Origin: an uncultured Gammaproteobacteria bacterium | GTDB taxonomy: Bacteria; Pseudomonadota; Gammaproteobacteria; GCA-001735895 | Length of the DNA: 59,906 bases | Assembly (NCBI GenBank): GCA_937936805.1 | Contig: CALDDP010000180.1 | Location: 1 to 59,906 of the forward strand | Reading direction: 5' to 3' | Shown: positions 9,601 through 18,557 of the stretch, in pieces | How positions within the stretch are numbered: position 1 is the stretch's first letter | Layout: the number at the start of each line of letters is the position of its first letter | Notes under the pieces: generated by a model | What the model was told of the DNA's origin: nothing | The model's input: the letters and a program-made list of their open reading frames with translations, nothing else | Databases searched by the model: none | Program-made: the position numbers and the translations under genes

Positions 9601-10514
9601 CGTACCGAATCGAAAAAATTACTGCCCCTCGCCAATGCGGCTATTTCCGCGGCATAGTAGGCCACCCACTGTGCGTCCCACCAGCTGTCAATGTCAGCCT
9701 CGCCGGCGATAAACTCTTCTTTCGAATCCGCTTCGTGTATCTGCAGTAACGTCTCGTTGACATTGGTGACACGAGTCGCGCCAATCATTTCGCGCAGTAT
9801 TTTCGGATTATCCAGAAAATATTCTTCCAGGTTTTCGATGCCTTCGAAGCGGAGCTTATCGACAACCTTCTTGATAGCGGAGTAGTCTTCCTCCTGCACG
9901 CCGAACGGTAATTGTGCAAACAGCGAGTGATATCGTTCCTCGCTCTCCTTTAAGGCATCGACAGCGATCATGGCTTCGGTGACATCCTGTACCATGCCGA
10001 AACTCGACACCAGCTTGCCGCTATCGTCAAACACACCCTGTTCGAATTCACGCAAATGGCGCACTTCGTTTTTGCCAACGATCACGCGAAAATCGAACTC
10101 ATGGCAGACGCCCGGTTGCAGGATCGTCTTGGTATCCAGGTGCGAACGATAGTGTTGAAAGTCATCTGGATGGACGATGCGATCAAACTCAGCGCGGTTC
10201 TCGAACAAGCGATCCAGCTCGGCAGGATCAATCCCGAAAACATCGGCTAGCTCCGCCGAATAGGCAATCGGTTTATCGTTTAGCTCATCCCATTCCCAGA
10301 TGCCCAGCTTGAGCATCCTGGAGAACTCCTGACGTCGAAATTCGCGGGAATCGATTAGCGCCTGCGCGTCGGCCAGTTGTGCGCGCAAATCTTCGATTTC
10401 GTCACGCAACTCCTGCTCGGTCGATCGAGTTTTTGCGAGTTGTTTTATTTTCGCTGTCAAGGCATTGATGGGTAGGCATTCACAGCTGTTAGTATAGGCA
10501 GGAATGCGAATCAA
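6651..10514 (-). CDS. cytoplasmic hybrid sensor kinase: coiled-coil/PAS - HisKA/HATPase - REC - HPt - REC - EAL
   Basis: H-box SHELRTPLNAILGF; G-boxes RDTGSGIS and GSGIGL. REC1: ILVAEDNPINQ...LLLTDIRMPEMNG. HPt: HKLKSSSSSLGA. REC2: LLLVDDD...VVICDLNMPEMDG. EAL domain: EALVRW, NLS, EITES, DDFGTG, KIDR, EGVE, QGY. No TM segments. The tracked start is TTG and the first ATG is 65 codons in, so the start is uncertain. Confidence 0.85.
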   Translation of the reverse strand: MIRIPAYTNSCECLPINALTAKIKQLAKTRSTEQELRDEIEDLRAQLADAQALIDSREFRRQEFSRMLKLGIWEWDELNDKPIAYSAELADVFGIDPAELDRLFENRAEFDRIVHPDDFQHYRSHLDTKTILQPGVCHEFDFRVIVGKNEVRHLREFEQGVFDDSGKLVSSFGMVQDVTEAMIAVDALKESEERYHSLFAQLPFGVQEEDYSAIKKVVDKLRFEGIENLEEYFLDNPKILREMIGATRVTNVNETLLQIHEADSKEEFIAGEADIDSWWDAQWVAYYAAEIAALARGSNFFDSVRVDSRMDNSLFQTRSIVSLVRGYEDSWERVITIHEDISERKNAEAALIDAKNQAEQANAAKSEFLSSMSHELRTPLNAILGFSQLFTYDRGLDEQHLANAIEINRAGKHLMSLIDQILDLSRIEVGEADLSLEPISLIQVLSDSVHWVTPLAEERNISLDFDAARFEDVNLVADSIRLKQVFLNLLTNAVKYNRPGGNVSVISEPADKGCLRVGIRDTGSGISAEKRKELFQPFNRLGAEFSGIEGSGIGLVITRQLVDLMQGKLEIDSVENEGSTFWITLEIAASTDSLIEVAPADSTIVDVTRSNAAASRILVAEDNPINQQLMEAQLNILGYSADYAENGQQALERWRGGDYNLLLTDIRMPEMNGYELVRQIRQHEPEHESPMPVIAITANAMEADVEKCFAVGMNDVIAKPVELDDLGSALEKWTPHSTTEDSDWTNPDAIDLLVQDTVDLNVLTQSTGDKPELHRDLLNAYRESLTDELDNIQQAFAWKNNEQLAEYTHKLKSSSSSLGAMSMAQICQRLEAAANAADWDDIEKQMPQLQRIADQAAEYIETFFGDSIAAHEASVNEAEFKLELPDEDDDVTQFSIKLLLVDDDYIMHRVITVMLNDLGISGVFNAMSGAAALEVLQDNRGSIDVVICDLNMPEMDGVEFIRHLAKMKYSGSLILTSGEDLRILKTVEKLSIEHDLHVLGVLEKPATPAKLSELLDSLDQIRQEGTMMLVDAFSLAELKNAIDSDELDTYFQPKVDIKSGEVVGVEALVRWNHPLKGLIKPDAFINMAEDNGLIGELTDIVCQKAMAYTLKLKAQDHDLNIAINLSVDSLTDLEWPDRISSLMEQSGLEPSSISFEITESRLMEHLSVALDILSRLSLKRFNLSIDDFGTGYSSMEQLQRIPFNEFKIDRAFVHGAAREASARAILESSVLLAKKLDMKVVAEGVEDEQDWELVSEIGCDQVQGYYVSRPLPFNHLLKWLDDHEAKK

Positions 10515-10667
10515 TTCTCATGCAATTTCAGGCATTTGTAACTGTCTTCTCTTAATAAGTTGACAGCATTCATAATAGTTCTGCTTTCAGCCTGGGCAAC
10601 TCCGCGCAGTATCTGTTGGAATCGATGGCGTCCAGCAATAGATGGATCAGGATGCGATAATGGCCGG

Positions 10668-13049
10668 TTAAAGCGGTTGAATGATACGGGCTTTGCTGGA
10701 TCGCCCCAGGATTTCGACTTCGAGCTCATCATCTGCCTCAACTTTTTGTCGAAAATAGGCCAGCCCGATCGTTTTTCGCAGTCGATGGCCGTAACCGCCC
10801 GAGGTCACCAGGCCGATTGCGCTATTGCCTCGAAACACCGTATGCATATAAAAAGGATCAAACTCCGGTGCATCGAACTCGAGCAATTCCATACTCCAGT
10901 GATCCTTTGCCTGCGCACGCGCCAGCATTGCGTCCCGACCAGTGAAAGCCCGTCCGTCGATTTTAACCAGATGATCCAGTCCAGCCTCTAGCGGGGTGCG
11001 CTCGGTCGTCAGGTCGGCCCCCCAGGCGCGATAAGCTTTTTCCAGGCGCATTGAATTCATCGCAAAAGCGCCATAAAAACCGAGCTCGAATTTCTCTCCC
11101 GACTGAAGCAATTGTCGCAGCAGGTCTTCCTGCTGCGCGATATCGTGATGCAACTCAAAACCCGCTTCGCCGACATATGAAACGCGCAGCGCATTCACTT
11201 CGATGCCGGCAATCGTAACCGGCCTGGCACGGAACCCCGGGAAAGCCTCGATCGATAAATCCTGCTCGGTAATCTGCTGCAGCATGGCCTCGGCATTGGG
11301 CCCCATGACGCCAAAGACCCCCCTGGCGTCGGTAACATCCTCGATGCTGACATCGAAACCCCGCGCCCGACAGCGTAACAAATCATCGTCCTGGCGGCCG
11401 GCCGCCGCCGCACTGACAAGATAAAGTTCATCTGTGGACAGGTTGCAAACTGAAAACTCCGAATGCACCCCACCGTTGTCGGTAAGCGCATGGGTCAATC
11501 CGATACAACCAGTCCGCGGGGCCCGATTAGCGCCCAGCTGATCGACGAAGCGAAACGCATCCCGACCACTGACTCTGAACTTGGAGAACGCCGACAAATC
11601 TCCGAGGCCGACGTTTTGCTGCAAGTTTCGACATTCCGCGGCGACCGGCTCGAACCAGTTGGCGCGGCGAAAACTCAGCTCCGATGCCTTTACTGCCACG
11701 TCGCGGGAGTACCAATTAGGACGTTCGAATCCGTATACACTGCCAAACACGGCACCTTTACCCTCTAACAGTTCATAAGCGGGGGTCAGTTTTTTATTGC
11801 GCCCGGCCGGGCGTTCTTCGTAAGGATAATGAATGCCGAATTGTGCAGCGAAACACTCTACCGCTTTATCGATTCGGTAATCACGATCCGCGTAAGCCCC
11901 GAAACGACGTGCATCTACCGCCAGCGCATCCATCGGTGGCTCACCGTCGGTCATCCACTCGGCGAGAAATTTACCGGCGCCACCGCCTTCCATAATTCCC
12001 ATCGACGAACCGGTCAGCAGCCAGGCATTATCAAGCTTGAACGCCGGACCGATCAACGGGTTGGCGTCCGGGGTGAAAGTGATCGGGCCATTGACGATGC
12101 TCTTGATCCCGGCATCAGCAGCAGCCGGCACACGGGCCATTGCCTGGCCGGCGATATCTGCGATGGCATCGATATCAGGCTCGAGCAGCTCCATGCCGAA
12201 TTCGGGCGGTACGCCGTCGATCGACCAGGGCTTGCCATGTTTTTCGTAAGGCCCGATGATCACACCGTCACGCTCCATGCGTAGATACCAGCTTTCATCC
12301 GGATCCCGAATCATCGGCAGTTCATGATCGAGCTCGGCAAAGGTATCGATTCGATCGCTAACAATATACTGGTGCAGCATGGGCACCACCGGCAGATCGA
12401 TACCCATCATGTCACCGATTTCACGGCACCAGGTGCCAGCCGCATTGACGATATGCAACGCCGTAATTTCACCCTTGTCAGTGCTTACCAGCCACTCACG
12501 ATTCGGCTTTTGCCGGAGACCGGTTACCCGGGTTTGGCGGTAGATTTCGGCGCCGCGATCGCGCGCACCCTTTGCCATCGCATGGGTGGCCTGACTCGGA
12601 TCGACGTAGCCGTCAAGGGGTTCGTAAATTGCGCCGATCAGATCGTCGACCTCGGCCAGGGGATAAATCTCCTTGAGCTCATGCGGCGTCAGGATATGAA
12701 AATCGAAACCGGCAAATTTACCGATCCCCTGTACCTGGCGAAACTCATCGAGCCGGTCCTGGTAACGCGTTACCCGCAATGCACCGCAGCCATGGAAACC
12801 AACCGCCTGGCCAGTCTCCTCCTCGAGTATCGATCGATACAATTTCACACTGTGCGCGCGCAGATTCATAATCGTAATGTTGTGTGCGTAATGGGTACAG
12901 AGTCCGGCTGCATGCCAGGTTGAACCCGCGGTGAGTTCATTTTTTTCGATCAACACCACGTCGTTCCAGCCGAGCCGGGTCAAGTGGTAAATCAGCGAGG
13001 CACCCATGGCGCCGCCACCGATTACAACTACCTGCGCATGGGATTTCAT
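10668..13049 (-). CDS. DMGDH/SARDH-type FAD dehydrogenase fused to a GcvT-like folate-binding domain (paralogue 1)
   Basis: 793 aa. Dinucleotide fold VVVIGGGAMG, the GSTWHAAGL motif, and a C-terminal aminomethyltransferase-like half. Its start overlaps the upstream stop by ATGA. Confidence 0.85.
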   Translation of the reverse strand: MKSHAQVVVIGGGAMGASLIYHLTRLGWNDVVLIEKNELTAGSTWHAAGLCTHYAHNITIMNLRAHSVKLYRSILEEETGQAVGFHGCGALRVTRYQDRLDEFRQVQGIGKFAGFDFHILTPHELKEIYPLAEVDDLIGAIYEPLDGYVDPSQATHAMAKGARDRGAEIYRQTRVTGLRQKPNREWLVSTDKGEITALHIVNAAGTWCREIGDMMGIDLPVVPMLHQYIVSDRIDTFAELDHELPMIRDPDESWYLRMERDGVIIGPYEKHGKPWSIDGVPPEFGMELLEPDIDAIADIAGQAMARVPAAADAGIKSIVNGPITFTPDANPLIGPAFKLDNAWLLTGSSMGIMEGGGAGKFLAEWMTDGEPPMDALAVDARRFGAYADRDYRIDKAVECFAAQFGIHYPYEERPAGRNKKLTPAYELLEGKGAVFGSVYGFERPNWYSRDVAVKASELSFRRANWFEPVAAECRNLQQNVGLGDLSAFSKFRVSGRDAFRFVDQLGANRAPRTGCIGLTHALTDNGGVHSEFSVCNLSTDELYLVSAAAAGRQDDDLLRCRARGFDVSIEDVTDARGVFGVMGPNAEAMLQQITEQDLSIEAFPGFRARPVTIAGIEVNALRVSYVGEAGFELHHDIAQQEDLLRQLLQSGEKFELGFYGAFAMNSMRLEKAYRAWGADLTTERTPLEAGLDHLVKIDGRAFTGRDAMLARAQAKDHWSMELLEFDAPEFDPFYMHTVFRGNSAIGLVTSGGYGHRLRKTIGLAYFRQKVEADDELEVEILGRSSKARIIQPL

Positions 13050-15457
13050 GTTATTGCTGCCTGGTAGGGAGGTTTATCGAGAATCTGAAGGGCAAACCGT
13101 TCGCCTGCTATCTCAATCTGACAATCCGTGATCTCGGGCGATAGAGGTTGATAAAACATCACGAAACACAAACTCCTGGCGCAGCGGAAACCCAGCCCGC
13201 CCGAGGTACAATGTCCGACAATGGCTTCTCCCCGGTAAACCGGTTCATCGTGCAGTAGTAAAACTTCATCAGCCATAACTTCACACAAGCTCAATTGCTT
13301 GTTCCAGCCGCTCTCTTGTTGTTCCAGTAAAGCCTGCTTACCGATAAACCCGGCTGCCTTTTGCAGATTGACGGTGAAACCAAGACCGCTTTCGAAGGGC
13401 GTGTCTTCAGCACCCAGGTCATGCCCCCAATGGTGGTAACCCTTTTCCAGGCGGCAGGCATCGAGCGCGAGATGACCGGCGAGGCCGAGTTCGTGGCCCT
13501 CCCCGACGCGCAGAATTTCTTCCAGCAGCTGCCTTGCCTGCGCCACCGGAATGTATAGCTCCCAGCCCAGTTCACCGACGAAACTAAGCCGCACTGCATG
13601 CAGATCGCAGCCGTTGATCTGAATCGTTTGAACGCTGCTGAATGGAAACTTCGCCGCACTGAAATCGGACCTACTCAAGTCCTGCAGCAGCGCTCGTGAG
13701 CCGGGTCCCATCAGGCCAAGCACAGCGTAATCTTCGGTCACGTCGTCGATTTTCACATCCATCGAGGAATCGAGATGCCTGCGCAACCAGTACAGGTCCT
13801 TAAATCGCGTGGCTGCCCCGCTGACGAGTCGAAACCGGTCGTCAGCTAACCGCATCAGCGTAATTTCGGCTTCGATGCCGCCACGCTGATTCAACATCAG
13901 GCTGTGCAGCACCCTGCCCACTTCAATATCAACATCGCTACAGCATAGCGATTGCAGACAGGCCAGTGCGTCCTCGCCACCGATTTCGAATTTGCCAAAC
14001 GGGCTTAGCTCGAACAGACTCACATGCTGCTGGCAATGCAGCGCTTCACGTCGTGCTGCCGGCCACCAGCATTGCGCGTCGAAGCTGTACTCCAGTTTTG
14101 CCTCGTCGGCGTCGGCAGCAAACCACAGCGGGCGCTCCCAGCCTGTGGGCGCGCCAAACACCGCACCCCTGGCCGCCAGCAGATCGTGCCAGGTAGACCG
14201 GCGCAGGTTGCGCCCGGTTTCGAACTGCTTGTAGGGCCAATGCATGTCAAACTGGTTATGCACTGCTTCAGGCAGGCGCTGCTGCAAAAACCCGGCCTCG
14301 CTCTGCAATGGATCGAGACGCGCGATATCGACTTCCCATAGATCGAGCGGCGCCTGGTTATCGCGAATCCAGCGGGCCATCACCTTGCCCACGCCGGCCG
14401 AGGACATGATACCGATCGAGTTGAAACCCGCGGCGACAAACAGGTTTCTGCATGTCGGCGCCTCTCCCATAATCTGCTTCGTATCCGGCGTAAAACTTTC
14501 AGGACCATTCATGAAATGGGTAATGCCCTGGTCGGCGATCAGCGGCGCACGCCTGATACCGGCCTCGAGCATAGGCTGCGCGTGGTCCCAGTCCTCGTCG
14601 AACATCAGGAAGCCGGCATCCTGCTGGGTCGGGGTCCATGACCTGGGATTCGGCTCGAAAGCGCCCAGCACGAGTTTGCCATTGTCCCCCTTGAGGTATA
14701 TTCCCCCATCCAGGTCACGAATGATCGGGCAAGGCCGGGGTAATTGCTCGATGACATCCGTTACCAGGTACATATGCTCGCAGGCGACTACAGGGATATC
14801 GACGTTCGCCATGGCACCAAGCTGCGCGGTCCAGGCGCCAGCGCAGAGCAGCAGCTTGTCGCAACTGATTCGCGTACCATCGGCGAGTTCTACCGCGGTC
14901 ACCGCCGCACTGCGCGTTTCGATGTTCGACACCCGGCTGTACTCACGAATCTCGACTCCCAGTTTGGCCGCCGCCCTGGCATAGGCCATGCACAAGTCCA
15001 CCGGGTTGACCTGGGCATCCTGCTCGACCCATAGACCACCGGCAAGGTCTTCGCTGTACAACATCGGCAGGCGCTGCCTGATTTCCTTAGCTGACAGTAG
15101 CTGCGTCTCGAGCTTGCTACGATCCCCCATCGCCTTGATGCGCCGCAACTCAACCATCCGTGCTGCTTCCTGTGCCAGCCAGACGCCACCGGTTTGCTGA
15201 TAACCGGTTGCCTGTCCACTTTCTTCTTCCAGCTGCAGAAAAAGATCGAGCGCGTACCTGGCCAGCAGAGTCAGGTTCATACTCGCACGCAACGGTCCAA
15301 CAATACCGGCGGCATGCCAGCTGGTGCCGCTGGTCAATTGATCGCGCTCCAGCAACATGACGTCCCTGGTACCCAGGCGACCAAGGTGGTAAGCCACGCT
15401 AAGCCCGATAACGCCGCCACCGACGATGACCACCTGGGCCTGTTCCTGCACGGCCAT
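13046..15457 (-). CDS. DMGDH/SARDH-type FAD dehydrogenase fused to a GcvT-like domain (paralogue 2)
   Basis: 803 aa. VVIVGGGVIG and GTSWHAAGI motifs, with a GcvT-like C-terminal half. Its ATG overlaps the MttB stop (TAATG at 15455-15459). Confidence 0.85.
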   Translation of the reverse strand: MAVQEQAQVVIVGGGVIGLSVAYHLGRLGTRDVMLLERDQLTSGTSWHAAGIVGPLRASMNLTLLARYALDLFLQLEEESGQATGYQQTGGVWLAQEAARMVELRRIKAMGDRSKLETQLLSAKEIRQRLPMLYSEDLAGGLWVEQDAQVNPVDLCMAYARAAAKLGVEIREYSRVSNIETRSAAVTAVELADGTRISCDKLLLCAGAWTAQLGAMANVDIPVVACEHMYLVTDVIEQLPRPCPIIRDLDGGIYLKGDNGKLVLGAFEPNPRSWTPTQQDAGFLMFDEDWDHAQPMLEAGIRRAPLIADQGITHFMNGPESFTPDTKQIMGEAPTCRNLFVAAGFNSIGIMSSAGVGKVMARWIRDNQAPLDLWEVDIARLDPLQSEAGFLQQRLPEAVHNQFDMHWPYKQFETGRNLRRSTWHDLLAARGAVFGAPTGWERPLWFAADADEAKLEYSFDAQCWWPAARREALHCQQHVSLFELSPFGKFEIGGEDALACLQSLCCSDVDIEVGRVLHSLMLNQRGGIEAEITLMRLADDRFRLVSGAATRFKDLYWLRRHLDSSMDVKIDDVTEDYAVLGLMGPGSRALLQDLSRSDFSAAKFPFSSVQTIQINGCDLHAVRLSFVGELGWELYIPVAQARQLLEEILRVGEGHELGLAGHLALDACRLEKGYHHWGHDLGAEDTPFESGLGFTVNLQKAAGFIGKQALLEQQESGWNKQLSLCEVMADEVLLLHDEPVYRGEAIVGHCTSGGLGFRCARSLCFVMFYQPLSPEITDCQIEIAGERFALQILDKPPYQAAIT

Positions 15458-17010
15458 TAATAGGCCTTGTCCGGCAACGACGCCTTGCGCCGGTCGACAT
15501 ATTCCTGCAGGGCCTCGAGTCTGGCAGGATCAATCGGCGGTTGCTGGTACTCTTCGAGCAGGCCCTTCCATATCCTGTTGGCGCGCTGTGCTGCTTCGAG
15601 GCTGCCCTCGCTCTGCCATTGCTCGAATGAATTCGCGTCACCGATGCTGGAGCTATAGTAAGCAGTTTCAAAATTATTCAGGGTGTGGGCGCTGGCAAGG
15701 AAATGGCCGCCGGGACCGATCTCGGCAATTGCATCCAGTGCCTGCGCATTATCGGATAAATCCAGCCCCTTGCAGAATTCAATCAACTTGCCGCAGAGAT
15801 CGGCATCAATAATGGTTTTTTCGAAACCGGTACACAGCCCACCTTCCAGCCAACCGGTTGCATGATTGATGAAATTGGCACCCGCCAGTACCGCCATGAT
15901 CAAGCTCATGCTGCCTTCCTGCTGCGCCTGGCTGTCGGGTATCTTGGATGAAGTCAGGCTACCCACCGTGTGAAACGGAACCCCCAGGCGGCGTGCCAGC
16001 TGGCCTGCCGCGAGCACGGTTTTGGCGGCTTCGGGCATGCCGAAGGTAGGTGCGCCCGACTGCATCGACATCGCCGTGGCAAAGCTGCCCATCAGGCACG
16101 GCGTACCGGGGCGTATCAACTGGGTTAGCGCGCAGGTCGCGAGCGCCTCGGCGAGCAACTGCGCCAGCGTACCGGCCTCGGTACAGGGGCTCATCGCGCC
16201 GGTTATCATCCACGGGGTACAGGCGACGGCCTGATTGTTGCTGGCATAAACCTTGAGCGAACCGGACATGGCGTCGTCCATGACCAGTGGCGCATTCGTA
16301 TTGGAGACACCGTATAACACCGTGTTTTGATCGACAAAATCGTCGCCAAACAGAATCTTGACCATCGCCACCGAGTCCTGCGCCCGCTCGCTGCCGATCA
16401 GGGCACCAAACAGGGCACGATCACCGTAGGTAATATGCGACAGCATCATATCGAGATGGCGCTTGTTGACGGGAATGTCGACCGGTTCACAAACGATACC
16501 GCCGCAGTGATGCAGATGCGGAATCATCTGGTGAATCCGATTCAGATCCCTGAAATCCTCGAGGGTCGCATAGCGGCGACCGCGTTCGATATCATGCACA
16601 AACGGCGGCCCGTAAACCGGACTCAATACGGTATTCTCACCGCCGATTTCTACATTGTTGGCTGCATTGCGGGCGTGCTGGGTATACTGGCGCGGCGCGC
16701 TGGCCTGTATGATTTTACGACACATGCCGGGCTCGAAGCGCACCCGCTCACCATCGACATCGGCGCCGGCGTCCCGAAAATAATCCAGGATTTCGGGATC
16801 ATTGTGGAACTCCATGCCGACATCACGCAAAATGCGATCGGCATTTTCCTCGATCAGGCACAGACCTTCCTCGCTGAGGATATCGTAGGTCGCGATATTT
16901 CGACTGATGTAAGGCAAACGGGGAACGCTTGAGACACGCCGCTCGCCGCGAGTTCTTCGCTTACGCCGGCTCACTGGTTTGTCGACGTTATCAGTCAAGA
17001 TCGCTCCCAA
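15457..17010 (-). CDS. MttB-superfamily (trimethylamine methyltransferase-like, non-pyrrolysine) methyltransferase
   Basis: 517 aa. Arg-rich N-terminus (RRKRRTRGERR). Family-typical blocks are shared with the second copy at 58587 (ITGAMSPCT, HATGWLEGGL, GPGGHFL). There is no in-frame amber codon. The tracked start is TTG, so the exact start is uncertain. Confidence 0.8.
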   Translation of the reverse strand: MGAILTDNVDKPVSRRKRRTRGERRVSSVPRLPYISRNIATYDILSEEGLCLIEENADRILRDVGMEFHNDPEILDYFRDAGADVDGERVRFEPGMCRKIIQASAPRQYTQHARNAANNVEIGGENTVLSPVYGPPFVHDIERGRRYATLEDFRDLNRIHQMIPHLHHCGGIVCEPVDIPVNKRHLDMMLSHITYGDRALFGALIGSERAQDSVAMVKILFGDDFVDQNTVLYGVSNTNAPLVMDDAMSGSLKVYASNNQAVACTPWMITGAMSPCTEAGTLAQLLAEALATCALTQLIRPGTPCLMGSFATAMSMQSGAPTFGMPEAAKTVLAAGQLARRLGVPFHTVGSLTSSKIPDSQAQQEGSMSLIMAVLAGANFINHATGWLEGGLCTGFEKTIIDADLCGKLIEFCKGLDLSDNAQALDAIAEIGPGGHFLASAHTLNNFETAYYSSSIGDANSFEQWQSEGSLEAAQRANRIWKGLLEEYQQPPIDPARLEALQEYVDRRKASLPDKAY

Positions 17011-17176
17011 AAGTTACCTGCCGTCAATTATTCTACAGAGATTGCACCCAAAGTAATCAACAGGGGGCAATTCAGGCAAAAAAACGGGTGTCAAAATCGT
17101 TTGCGCCATCATCAGGATTGTCTGCAGACTCAGCTTGGGCTATGTTCGTGCGTAACTGACTCGCGCTGAGATTACG

Positions 17177-18505
17177 ATGGCTTCACAATTCGACCACGAT
17201 CAACACGAATTCGAACTCGACTGGAATACCGACGCCATCGTCGAGCGTCGCAATACTTACTACGCCGCGTCTCAACGCGCCTTTGTGCCTTATCAGAAAC
17301 CACTGATTTTCAGTAAGGGACAGGACAATTATCTGTGGGATGAAAAAGGCAATAAATACCTCGACTGCCTGAGCCAGAACCTGACCATCAGTGTCGGCTA
17401 CAACAACCCGGTAGTGACGCGCGAAGTCATCAGGCAGGCACAAACGCTACAGCACTGTACGACCATGTTCTTTCACCCGGTGCCGGCTCATTTTGCCGAG
17501 GAATTAACTCGCACCATGCCAGCAGGTGAAGAATGGGTAGTGCATCTTTGCAACAGCGGGGCCGAAGCAATCGACATGGCGATTTTGCTGGCACGCAGCT
17601 ACACCGGAAATAACGATATCATTTCGCTGACCAACGCATATCATGGCGCCACCTTCGGCGCCCAGTCGGTTACCGGGATCAGCGGCTTTCGCCACAACAT
17701 ACCGCAGCTGGGCGGAGTGCAGTTTGCGCCGGTGCCGGACCAGTACCGCGGCATTCATGGTGAAGGTGTAGAGCCCTATTTAAATGACCTTGAAGGAACC
17801 ATCCATTATGGCACCTCGGGTCAGCTGGCCGGTATGATAATCGAACCGGTGCAAGGTTATGGCGGTATCATTCCCGTCCCCGAAGGCTACATCAGCGGTG
17901 CCCGGGAGCGTATCAAAGCTGCCGGTGGGTTGCTGATCATAGATGAAGTGCAGTCCGGCATGGCGCGCACGGGGAATAACTTCTGGGCTTTCCAGCAACA
18001 CGGCATAGTGCCCGATATGGTGGTTGCGGCGAAAGGCATGGGTAACGGTTTTCCGCTCGCGGCATTGATCGTCAAACGTGAAATTGCGGAAACGATGGCC
18101 ACTAAATTCTATTTTCACACCTATGGCGCCAATCCGGTAAATTGTGCCGCCGGACGCGCCGTACTGCACGTGATAGAGGCGCATCAGCTGCAACAACGCG
18201 CACAACAGGTCGGCGCGGCATTACTTGCGGTACTCGAGGATTTACAAACCCGTCACCAGGTAATCGGCGCGGTACGCGGGCGCGGCATGATGATGGCAGT
18301 CGAGCTGGTCAAGGATCGCGGCAGCCGCGAACCCGACCCGGAGACCATGATACGACTGTTCGAAAAAACACGCGAGTGCGGACTCGTGGCAAGCAAGTCG
18401 GGTGCTTATCGCAACGTGCTCCGTATATGTCCACCGTTATGCACGCAAATGGAGGATGTTTCGTTTTTCGAAACAGCGATTAACCGGAGTTTTGAAAGTT
18501 TGTAG
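17177..18505 (+). CDS. class-III (omega) PLP aminotransferase, AGXT2 / beta-alanine-pyruvate type
   Basis: 442 aa. Motifs IIDEVQSGMARTG and the PLP-lysine context VAAKGMGNGFPL. Divergent from the MttB operon. Confidence 0.85.
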   Translation: MASQFDHDQHEFELDWNTDAIVERRNTYYAASQRAFVPYQKPLIFSKGQDNYLWDEKGNKYLDCLSQNLTISVGYNNPVVTREVIRQAQTLQHCTTMFFHPVPAHFAEELTRTMPAGEEWVVHLCNSGAEAIDMAILLARSYTGNNDIISLTNAYHGATFGAQSVTGISGFRHNIPQLGGVQFAPVPDQYRGIHGEGVEPYLNDLEGTIHYGTSGQLAGMIIEPVQGYGGIIPVPEGYISGARERIKAAGGLLIIDEVQSGMARTGNNFWAFQQHGIVPDMVVAAKGMGNGFPLAALIVKREIAETMATKFYFHTYGANPVNCAAGRAVLHVIEAHQLQQRAQQVGAALLAVLEDLQTRHQVIGAVRGRGMMMAVELVKDRGSREPDPETMIRLFEKTRECGLVASKSGAYRNVLRICPPLCTQMEDVSFFETAINRSFESL

Positions 18506-18557
18506 GATTAATGTTTAGGGTATAATTCAACACTGATCGATTTTACCGAGGAATGAC

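Noticed and set aside
11715-11735. The string GTTCGAATCC, reminiscent of a tRNA T-arm.
   Set aside because: It lies in-frame inside a well-supported dehydrogenase CDS, and I could find no acceptor-stem or anticodon-arm pairing around it.
15457-17010. Checked whether the MttB homologues contain an in-frame UAG (pyrrolysine), as true TMA methyltransferases do.
   Set aside because: Both copies are uninterrupted ORFs across the region where the Pyl codon would fall, so they belong to the non-Pyl branch. No pyl genes are visible in the window.
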